From assembly GCF_964204645.1 (NCBI RefSeq), contig NC_134029.1, positions 930,001 to 994,000 of the forward strand: a stretch of 64,000 nt of DNA, read 5' to 3'. Of this stretch, positions 38,101-49,600 are shown piece by piece (position 1 is the stretch's first letter; each line of letters starts with the position of its first letter). The notes under the pieces are model-generated. The model was given only the letters and a program-made list of their open reading frames with translations, did not search any database and had not been told where the DNA came from. The stretch comes from Tubulanus polymorphus (lineage: Eukaryota > Animalia > Nemertea). The translations under genes were made by a program, and so were the position numbers.

Positions 38101-39896
38101 AACAGTCACACTAGTGTCCACATCTTAGAGTCACACAGTGTCCAATACACTGACTTGATCTTCTTGGTAAACCGGTACATGTGTCACACACTAGTGTGTG
38201 ACACCCTTTCCATACTTGATTGAATGGGACAAAAAAAAAACAGGATTAACAGCACTCAGTTAGGACTACAGTTCGACTACACAACTGTGGACGACTGAAT
38301 GGAAACAGATCTTTTAATATCCACAGAATATAAACTTCTTAAATAGTGATTTCAGACAGAAAAATATACAGCCCATTATTGAATGAGGAGACATAGAGAC
38401 TTACATCAGTGGTTTCAGTACCACACCTCAACTGACTACTGGTACTAACAGTAGCTGCAGCAGCAGCAGCAGTAGACGGTGTCCGTCTTAAACTAGAACT
38501 AGAATATTTATATCCGTCTAAATGAGATCTACGTTCGTCGTAGGTACCCGAATATTTCTGTGAGAAATAACTACTATACATTGTTAATCCATGTACAGAG
38601 AGAGACTGACGTGACTGCGTCAACACAGTATACAGACCAGCTGCTACCATCAGCACGTGCTGCCATCTATCGTCGACACCATGACTAATCTAGACTGATT
38701 TATTTACAGACATTTATTAATAATCAATAATTTTCAGCTGATAGTCAAATAATGAGTATAAACACTATCTATAGTAACGGGATCTTTTTCATGCAGTTGA
38801 GAGTTATAAATCTCATTCATTCCAACACCAAAATCTAACACAATCTTTTCTGCAGGCTTTAACAAAGTTATTCATTCTTTGGCCCCGATTACCGTCAAAA
38901 TTCTTGAGTAAATAATGTTAAACATGTGAAAAACTCACTGCAGAATGGGAAATACTGAATTATTCGATGAAGTGATGTCATGGGGGACAGGGGGTTAAAA
39001 ATGTCTAAGTAGTGAGTTTTTAAAACTCTGTTGCAGTATCAGTGAAACTGTTAAACAGCCATTCGACTGATAAGCCGTTGCATTACTGAAGTCATCCCAA
39101 TTCAAATTACTTGATGTAAGGTCATCAACACAATAAATCTGATCTTGGAGTAATCACTGCATTAGCCTATTCAATGATTACTCCAAGATCCGTATGTCCC
39201 AGAACTATGATGACTTCAGCAGTGAGTTTGACTGAAAGAGTGATAAAGCATTGATTAACTATAGTTGAATGATTAGTCTTGGGTAATATTTTGATCGATA
39301 CTTGCTTCTGATATTTCAGTAGTTATTGACAGGATATTCCGACTAGTATCCAGCAAAGAGTCAGTAGTTTGACTCCGTGAAGAGGAGTCAATAGTCGATG
39401 AGTCTTCAATCTGAATGAAAGTCATTCATGGATTCAACCACGCAGGGAGAGAGAAATATGACTCATACAACACTTCACTTATTTACATATAATTAAAACC
39501 GTTCCAGATAATCGAACCACGTCTTTCCTCCCTCAAGTTAAAAACTGGTTTCGTCATGCGGCTGAGTTTAGTTATTGTAATATATAAATTTATGATTTAC
39601 GCTGCATGCTTTTATCATTAACGAGATGACACTAATTAAACAGATATCAGTAATTAACAAATAAACAAATCAGGCTAACAGGACATACACACAGAGATGA
39701 ATGATTAAATTTGACAGCAGCAGAAGAGTCTGACAGCCAGACAGGACGAGCATCCCCTCTGTTCCCCGACTCAAAACGGGTGCGGTTTTGAAATGTAATC
39801 TTTCGACGGTCGATTCGAGCCTGAAATCGACTGAGATCGCTATAAATTCACGGTTATTCTTACCGGCATTCGTTGGATTTCAGCTCCAGCAGCCAT
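32160..39896 (-). CDS. Septin, SEPT6/8/10/11 group (Drosophila Sep2-like), 431 aa
   Basis: Exons 39896-39864, 37136-36995, 36732-36619, 36252-36171, 35334-35194, 34742-34625, 34261-34172, 33737-33641, 33552-33396, 32824-32692 and 32348-32160, all GT-AG and in frame. [17 protein letters not shown]-loop [16 protein letters not shown], septin unique element [16 protein letters not shown]-terminal coiled coil. Confidence 0.96.
35451..36150. repeat. 57-bp minisatellite (about 12 units, three roughly 19-bp subunits containing TGTGGAAC/TGTGGGAC) in septin intron 4
   Basis: Read directly. Gives a 19-aa periodicity in the spurious ORFs. Confidence 0.95.
36290..36610. repeat. Purine-rich 27-30-bp tandem repeat containing TTAGGG, filling septin intron 3
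   Basis: GAAGGAGGTTAGGGTAAGAGGGGGTAAGAC variants. Confidence 0.9.
38405..38581 (-). CDS. Candidate alternative first coding exon of the septin
   Basis: ATG-initiated 59 open codons ending GAT|GTAAGT in phase 0, compatible with exon 2. Confidence 0.6.
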
Positions 39897-39929
39897 TTTA
39901 ATACTTTGTACGGCGCCACCTTCCATTTA

Positions 39930-40560
39930 CTGGTAATTTATTCACGGATATTTCTATGATGATTCTCTATTCAATGTTCAATACTGGGTCAACCCGGAAA
40001 TAAATTACTCATATTGACAGTGCGCCTGCGCGGTATCCCAAATCAAGGTCGAATACCCATTAAAAACACCAATTCAAATGATATTTCTTCCAAAACCTCG
40101 AAATTAGGAAATTTTTTAACAATATCGTTCTTTCAATTCATTCGATAAAGATTTTCGTAGATCACTATAATCGAAGTATGAATATTTTTCGGGCCATTCA
40201 AATAATTGGGATTCGAACTCACTGGTGAATCGATGGCTAGGGTTAGGGTTCGAGTCAGGTATGCGCATCCATTTCGATGACGTCAGTAAGCGCCGTCCAT
40301 CGAACCACGCGTGCGCGAGTTTATATTTATTCACCGCGGACAGTATATAACCTTTCAGTAAACAAATACCGAATGAACTCTAGAAATCACGATATTGTCA
40401 CAGAATTCTATCAAATCTGGTCAAATATCTAATAAAACTATATTTATTTTTTTCATAAAGATAACTAAGGGGAGAAAAATGAATTAAAGCCAATCAGCGG
40501 CGGCCGTGTATTAACCGCCCTGAAGCAGGAAGTGAAATGGCGGATCGAGGTGTATCGCTG
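39930..40560. promoter_or_regulatory. Bidirectional promoter region of septin (-) and neurobeachin (+)
   Basis: Head-to-head ATGs about 770 bp apart. ETS CCGGAA (about 39994), NRF1-like TGCGCCTGCGC (40021), CRE TGACGTCA (40278), CCAAT (40490), ETS CAGGAAGTG (40526), YY1-like AAATGGCGG (40535). Confidence 0.7.
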
Positions 40561-40664
40561 TGAAATACTGCGAGAAAATTATCATAAAATCACTGTTTTC
40601 TATTGGATATACTGGCGTCGGAGCGGAATATCTAACAGATTGAAACAGAAACCGGTGTGTGAAT

Positions 40665-43600
40665 ATGGCTTCAGATCAGCCGAGTCAACCAGTCGACGAG
40701 AAAGACGTTAAAACAGTCGATGATATACTGAAATTACCCGGAAATGTTCAACTGAAGTTCGGATTATTGATCGGTTTGATAGAGGTTGGACAGGTCTCTG
40801 ATAAAGATGTAGTCGATACTGTATTGAATTTGGTAAGTTTAGGAGGTCCACTCTCAGGTGGATGCAACAGTAAAGTGGATGTAATACGATTTAACAGCTG
40901 TTAATGTTGATAAGAAATCCTCCACAAGGTTAAACCTCAACTCAAAACATACTGCACTCACTGGTGACACTGACACTGAAGTACTACTGACTGCTAATAA
41001 TGATAGTGAACGTACTGCAGAGAGTTGTACAATGACAAATCACACAGCACCAGATCCATTGTTACGCAGTAAACCATCGCACAATGATCTCATCCTGTGG
41101 AAGTTTCCATCCATTTTTAAGTGATTCTTTGAGGTTTTTTTATACAATGTTCTGCAGGTTCTAGGTTCATGTTGGATACAAAAAAGTTCTGTATACGTGA
41201 CCCAAATCATCAGCCCATAACCTTAAGTATAGGCCTAACATCTGTTTGCAGCACCCTTCTGTTTGAAAAAATGATTTTTGTAGCCTACATAGAACAGTCC
41301 CTGTATAACTGTAGAGATAGAATACAGCTCAGTAATTGTTGTATTACCATTTCATGCAGTCTCATATTCAGCAAATATTTGCAGAAATTAATGTTATCAG
41401 TGAAAACGTTTTATTGCCCTGCCCTATCAGACTAATATATCATTGAATAGAATACAGCATTCAGTGCTGTGAACTTATATAGAAATATCAGAATCTATTT
41501 GAAGGGCAGAAACTGACAACTGACAGTGACTCGGAGCGAAGATAAGACATATTGTAGTAGGGAATAAAAGAATCTTTCATATGGATACGTGAGAATTTGT
41601 ACTATAGAAAAATCAGTACTCATGAGTCTCATAATACCATCGGGTTTGAATCGCTGCAAGGGAGGAACATGACCTGACAGAGTGTCACGATGCAATCTGG
41701 TTCAAATCCCTGCCGAGGGTGGAATGTGGCAGAGTTTCACGATGCAATCAGGTTTGAAAGGAGGATTAATACATGTTATAAATCTCTGATAATACCTTGC
41801 TACATCCAGGTATCACATTGTTCACTACTGTATTCAGAAGTTGACTAGCTGCTTTCACTATTCTAGCATCCGCCTTTAAACACAATATCTGAGGAGATGC
41901 CGCTTGTTGCTGCTTCATCACTGACTCCTTACAAAAAACAAACAAACTTCAGACATTATACAGTTGTGTGGGTGTTCATTTGAGCGTCGAGACAAGTATT
42001 CATCAATTATACATGAAGGATAAGACACTAGTTGTCATCATTTCGAGCATTTCCTCGAATCATGCATAGGCCTACAGTCAGTTTTATCTTATTGAAGCTG
42101 TGAAGATTTTCAATTTAAAATGTAGATTTAGTGTTTTGTAAACGGTTGGTGACTTGCTGCTGGGGTGTTTTATGAATGATTGCTGACTTGCTGCTGGATT
42201 ATTTTATAAGTGGTTCCTGACTGGTATTGATTGATGTATTGTAATCAATGTATTAGTTCACTACTCACTCTCTCATTACCAGTGCTTGATAACTGTTTGA
42301 TTAAGAATAATGAATTGATGTTTCAGACACGTAGCCTGCCTGCACAGGGTAGTGAGGATGTTAGTTTGGTATCGGAGTCCTGACTATTTATAAACCTTTA
42401 TTTTCTATCCCCCCTGAATTACTAATGATACATTACAATGATCAAAAATGAAAACTTATAGATTAACTGATATGTATTTGTCACTGATGTGAAACTGCAT
42501 TTACTGCATTCAAATAGATGATACATGAATAGATCAATGTTTGAAATACAGTGAGATAGAGAGAGATGAATATTGATACTGACAGACACGTACCTGTATG
42601 TCTATATTCACCACACCAGTGACACGTACCTGTATGTCTGTATTCACCACACCAGTGACACGTACCTGTATGTCTGTATTCACCACACCAGTGACACGTA
42701 CCTGTATGTCTATATTCACCACACCAGTGACACGTACCTGTATGTCTGTATTCACCACACCAGTGACACGTACCTGTATGTCTGTATTCACCACACCAGT
42801 GACACGTACCTGTATGTCTATATTCACCACACCAGTGACACGTACCTGTATGTCTGTATTCACCACACCAGTGACACGTACCTGTATGTCTATATTCACC
42901 ACACCAGTGACACGTACCTGTATGTCTGTATTCACCACACCAGTGACACGTACATGTATGTCTGTATTCACCACACCAGTGACACGTACCTGTATGTCTG
43001 TATTCACCACACCAGTGACACGTACCTGTATGTCTGTATTCACCACACCAGTGACACGTACCTGTATGTCTATATTCACCACACCAGTGACACGTACCTG
43101 TATGTCTGTATTCACCACACCAGTGACACGTACCTGTATGTCTATATTCACCACACCAGTGACACGTACCTGTATGTCTGTATTCACCACACCAGTGACA
43201 CGTACCTGTATGTCTGTATTCACCACACCAGTGACACGTACCTGTATGTCTATATTCACCACACCAGTGACACGTACCTGTATGTCTGTATTCACCACAC
43301 CAGTGACACGTACCTGTATGTCTATTCACCACACCAGTGACACGTACCTGTATGTCTGTATTCACCACACCAGTGACACGTACCTGTATGTCTGTATTCA
43401 CCACACCAGTGACACGTACCTGTATGTCTGTATTCACCACACCAGTGACACGTACCTGTATGTCTGTATTCACCACACCAGTGACACGTACCTGTATGTC
43501 TATATTCACCACACCAGTGACACGTACCTGTATGTCTGTATTCACCACACCAGTGACACGTACCTGTATGTCTGTATTCACCACACCAGTGACACGTACC

Positions 43601-46600
43601 TGTATGTCTGTATTTACCACACCAGTGACACGTACCTGTATGTCTATATTCACCACACCAGTGACACGTACCTGTATGTCTGTATTCACCACACCAGTGA
43701 CACGTACCTGTATGTCTGTATTCACCACACCAGTGACACGTACCTGTATGTCTGTATTCACCACACCAGTGACACGTACCTGTATGTCTGTATTCACCAC
43801 ACCAGTGACACGTACAGCGAGGAGTTGTTCTCATCCCTCGTTTGTTCTCAATGGATTCAGTTTTTACTCATCACAGCTCATTACATCCCCTCATATTTAA
43901 TCCTTGTTTCCATATATTAATAAGCCGGTTTAGTGAGTGACCTCACTTCACATCCTATTATCATCTAGAGGATTCACGCTGTGCCCAATTATGGTAATGG
44001 GACTATTGGAGGCTGGTGGACGGTCTCGGTCTCCCAGCCTCAAAATTTTCTCAAAGGCAGGGGTAGAAGCCATGTGATAACCATAGGTGGGAGCTGGTTG
44101 TAAATATCAGGTGACCAGCTATACACCAATCAAAAGCTAGGGTTAGGAGCCATGCGCTAACCCTAGGTGGGATCTGTTTGTAAATATCAGGTGAGCAGCT
44201 CTTGACCAATGACAGGCTAGGGTTAGGGTTATTGTTATGCAGATTCATTGACCAGCTATAGACTCATTTGCATAAAGTGCCAGCTCTAGACCAATGACAG
44301 GTTAGGGTTAGGGTTATTGTTATGCAGATTCATTGACCAGCTATAGACTCATTTGCATAATTGCCAGCTCTAGACCAATGACAGGTTAGGGTCAGGGTCA
44401 CAGTGATTGAGTGACCAGCTATAGTCTCATTCATAATACTCTCTGCCATACACAACTACTATGATAATTGTTTACAATAAACACAATCTACTGAAATAAC
44501 TAAAATCCCTCAGTTTACCACCCAGTTTAATTGGTGTGAAGTGTGAAACTATCTCTGGCAGGTGACTTCATTTACATTCACAATTTCTATCCTGTCTAAT
44601 TTATCCAAGAACAACTATTGAATTATGTTTTTCAAGTCGTAACATTTTTTAACTCTTTATTTTGTTTTTTTTTTGTAAAAATGAAATATTGATTGATAGA
44701 TGTAGATAGAATGCGGTTGTATTTGTGTGAAGTACTCTTCAATTCTCCAATATTCACTCAACATTCCCATACATTACACATTATATTTATTACTGAAATA
44801 GTCGAATAGGGCCTATTGAAAACACCAGTCTCATATCTGAGACTACTACAGCTGGTCTCATATCTGAGACTACTACAGCTGGTCTCATATCTCAGATCAC
44901 TGGAACCGGTCCCATATTTAAGACTACTGGAATGTCATATCTGAGACTACTACAGCGCTGGTCTCATATTTAAGACTACTGGAATTTCATATCTGAGACT
45001 ACTACAGCGCTGGTCTCATATCTGAGACTACTACAGCTGGTCTCATATCTGAGACTACTGCAGCTGGTCTCATATCTGAGACTACTACAGCTGGTCTCAT
45101 ATCTGAGACTACTACAGCTGGTCTCATATCTGAGACTACTACAGCTGGTCTCATATCTGAGACTACTACAGCTGGTCTCATATCTGAGACTACTACAGCT
45201 GGTCTCATATCTGAGACTACTACACCTGGTCTCATATCTGAGACTACTACAGCTGGTCTCATATCTGAGACTACTACAGCTGGTCTCATATCTGAGACTA
45301 CTACAGCTGGTCTCATATCTGTGACTACTACACCTGGTCTCATATCTCAGATCACTGGAACCAGTCTTGTATTTAAGACTACTGGAATGTGGTTTCAGAT
45401 ATAAGATCAGTTCTAGTTTTATATGTGAAATCACTAGAACTGGGGTCTATGAGTGAATCCAATTCTTGCAATGAAGAAAAACATGTTTTTACGTATTGAT
45501 TTGGGAGGTAATAATCAGCAGCAAGTCCTCAGGTCCCGCACTCCGCTGTTTTATCGGATATTTTTTCAGTAGGAAGTTGATTTAGTGACATAACTCACAC
45601 AGACAATTCAATTTCCTAGCAGTATGTGGATGGGAGCTGTTGATGAGAATAGCGTATCCACGAGGCAGGAGATATTCACCAAAAACAATAATACGAAGAG
45701 AGAGAACTACAAAAAGTGAACAGACTCCGCACCTGACAGCGCAGCAGAGTGAAACAGACACCTGTTGTTTTATCATTGAGTAAATAGATTGGTGTATTCC
45801 TAAAGATTCCCGAGGCCTTGAGGATGAGAAGGAGGATGAGAGTGAGAGGGAGAATGAGGAGTTAACTACATAATGTAGGAATTCTACATCAAATAAGATC
45901 AGTGTTGAGACTACGAAGTGTTGATGTATATTGATGTTGATGTGGGACACACCGAATATAGCTATTAACTGATTGTTTATTTCGTTGCCAATGATACATT
46001 GACGTTTTACAATTCATGTTTTTCTCAATAGCAGCAGCAGCAGCGGCAGTATCAGCAGCAGCAGTATCAGCAGTATCAGCTCATCATTGATACCATAGAT
46101 ACTGATACATAACTGTTTCCAATCGTCACGCTCGTTCAAGCAATCTGAATTCAATGCTTTCAAATTTTTGTCGAAATATCTCTACCAGCACTGGGTTTGT
46201 GGTTTACAGAATGTCTGGACCCCATATCTGAGTATGACTGTGGATCTGAGTTCATCAATCAGAACAGCAATCACAGAATGCTGTGTGATAATGATAGTGA
46301 TTAAGTGTGAGGGGAGTGAATAGTGTCAGGAGGGAACGGGGTCCTAGAGAAATTCATCTGATCTCACTGATATCTCGGTGATCAATTATTCATTGTCTCA
46401 GATACTGTGTGTGATAATGTACTGAGAATCTCATAATGAGATCTCGATATCATTTATCATTTTTTTCACGCTATTATCTTCATTATTATACAGCTATTGA
46501 TTGTGTCTGACACCTGGCTATGTACATAAACAGCCCTTAGTCATAGTTTGGTGTAAAGTATAAGATTTAAGGTTAGAATAAAAATCTGTGTCAGAAATAG

Positions 46601-49600
46601 ACCACTTATTTTTACACCAAAATCAGGAGCGCCAAATAAAGGGACAGGGAAAAAGAACTCGGTCGGCCGTTGTTTGGGGTCACGTGACATCATGACAATC
46701 GTTTCCTTTCGTTTGCATGAAATTTGACCTATAGAAGATTTAATAGAAAGCATGTTTTATGTTTTCCCTGTTAATAAACAATTCTTCAGTGATTTTAATA
46801 TTGAATGTTGTGAGTTCGCATGAATTTTCTTTTTATGGCATCAAAAATTCAAAACTAGAAACGATTTTTGAATCGAAAACGTTGAACTATTGACAGTTTG
46901 AGTCCAGAAATTCAGGCTCATTCTAGAACCATAAAACGAAATAATAGTTTTAACTGATTACGTATTCAATTAATTAATTAGAGTATTAATTGATTTAAAA
47001 TGTGTGTTTTATTTATGTTTTTATCCTGCAGGTTTTTGTGGATCCGAGCGTAAGTTGTTTTTTTGTGCCTGAATCTGTTTTAAACCTCCCCCTTTCCTTC
47101 CTTTCTTCGCTTGTGGTTTTTAATCATCTTACATATTATCATTTATTCATATCGTATATTAATTGACTGGTTTGAACCTGAACTCATCTTAAACCCAGTT
47201 CTAATAACGCTAACCTACTCTAAACATTACGTTCGGCCATCTTGAATGAAGACATTATGCGACCGTATCCCGAGGCTTGATGAAAATAATTTGATTGTGA
47301 CTGATTAAAGATATTTTGATGAAGGCAGAATACTGGCTGCGAGCGACTGTACAAAAATGTCTGTAGCATCCTAAATGTGCTGTGTATAGCCGATTCCTCT
47401 GATAGAAACTATCATCTGTACCTCCCTGAGATTAACTATCTGTATTCCCAATAAGTGTCATCTCACATCAGCACTTTGCTATATATTACAATGTCTTTAA
47501 ATCTAAGTGAATTCACTTTAAAAACTCTCAACGGTAATAGATCTAATAGTTCAGTTATAGACTAGTCACTATTTTACACTTAATTATTACCTTACAATAT
47601 AGTATAGTATTTACTGCTATAACTTAATCTTCCTCAATTACTTTTCATGTTCATGTATTAACATTATATAATTGGAGAATACTTTAGAGATGGGGAGGAG
47701 GATGAGATGATATCATGATGTATCTCGCACTATTGGTTGTGAGATATGTCTTTCATAGTTATAGAGGGGCTATATGATGTCTGCCTGTCGTTCTGTCAAC
47801 AGATGCTGAAACTATTGTCATTTGAATGAATTGATTAAGCAACTCATTAATTATTCATGAATATTCAATATTCATGAAGCGTGGCGACTGGGTCACCTGC
47901 CTGTGTGGCACTCTTTACTATACTCTGTTACATTATATTATTAAATTGTACACATTTTGGTTCAGTTATTTATTTGTCTATAAATGCAATGCATGGATGG
48001 TGATGGTGCTGAGTGATAGGGGGCGACACTGTGGTTACAGAGCCTGGGTGATAGGGGGCGACACTGTAGTGACAGAGACTGGGTGATAGGGGGCGACACT
48101 GTGGTGACAGAAACTGGGTGATAGGGGGCGACACTGTGGTGACAGAAGCTGGGTGATAGGGGGCGACACTGTGGTGACAGAAGCTGGGTGATAGGGGGCG
48201 ACACTGTGGTTACAGAGACTGGGTGATAGGGGGCGACACTGTGGTGACAGAAACTGGGTGATAGGGGGCGACACTGTGGTGACAGAGACTGGGTGATAGG
48301 GGGCGACACTGTGGTGAGAGACTGGGGGGTTACCGGTATAACTGATTATAGATTCAGATCACAGTGTACAGGAAGTCAGTATCCAGAGACAGGAAGTAGG
48401 TATCTATCTGGACGACTAGTTCTTACACGATGGAAATACTGATGATATTGCAACTGGTCACTGCGTGCCGGACTGATAGCCGGGCGGGTCTGACTATTTG
48501 ATGGATGGGATCCAGGCATTAGTCCCCACCGAATACACACGATATATCAACTCTACCATCTATAACTGACAATTCCAGAGATTATCAACTCAAAACAGTC
48601 TCTCATCATCCACTAGGGGTTCATCAACCTCACATCCCCTCAACATCCCCTGTCTTGCCTCTATGAGAGTTGGTGAACTACAACCATGAAAGCCCCCTGA
48701 AAGGAACCTCATAAAAATGTTTGAACTGTCCCTGCAGTGAGGGGTTATATGAGGTTCTCGGACTGTGAGGGGTTAGACGAGTTTCCCATGCTCCGTCCTG
48801 TTATTGGAATTAAACTATTAAAGGTCATTATACAATTGTTTGTGTAATTAGATCATGTATGAGTACTGTGTAATAAGCTGACATGATACTGCATTGTGTA
48901 ACCATGGTATTCACTGATTACAGCTGTACCTGCAGTAACAGCAGCAGCAGCAGCAGTATCTGTCAGTGTTTGTCAGTAAGGTGTGGTGTCGTTTATTGTT
49001 TGCGTGAGATGCAGAAAGAGATGAAAAAATGTTCGACATTTTTATCACATGGCAGGATCTGATGAAAGTCATCACGACGCGTGTGTCCCCCCACATCTCC
49101 CCCTCCCCACTCCCCACATCTCCCTCTCCCCCACTCCCTCCCTCTACTGACTATTATTCCACCGTAAACACTTTTTAGAGAGTGACAATATTTCATTTTC
49201 ACTCTCAATGTTGCATCGCGGTTCATTGCAAATGAAATCTCACGACCAGCGCTGTCACCATGAGACCCTCTCCCTCTCTCTCTCTCTCTCTGTCTCTCTA
49301 TCCTTCTCTCTCCCTCCTCTATCTCTGTCTCACGGCACAGCACTGTCTCCTTTCATCTCTCTCTCTCTGACGTAGATTTTGATATTTGTTCAGACATTGA
49401 CTTCAGATATTATACAGATCTGTGTGTGAAACATCACGGCAGCAGAACTTCATTCAATTCATGTCGGAATCACGCCAGAAATTGCTTTTTGAAATATTAA
49501 AAACAAGCTGGTAAAACCTCATCAGTCATAATCCATCATAAATTTCCAACACCTCTTCCTTCTCTTTCCTCACCCCCTCACTTTCCCTCGCCTCACCTCG

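Noticed and set aside
42481-43920. Long ORFs including a CHWC-repeat, zinc-finger-like frame
   Set aside because: The stop-free 36-bp unit is open in several frames on both strands, and a 2-bp deletion swaps frames mid-array. There is no splice or start context.
48435-48495. C/D-box snoRNA-like CTGATGA...CTGA
   Set aside because: Too short (about 55 nt), imperfect C box and no convincing terminal stem.
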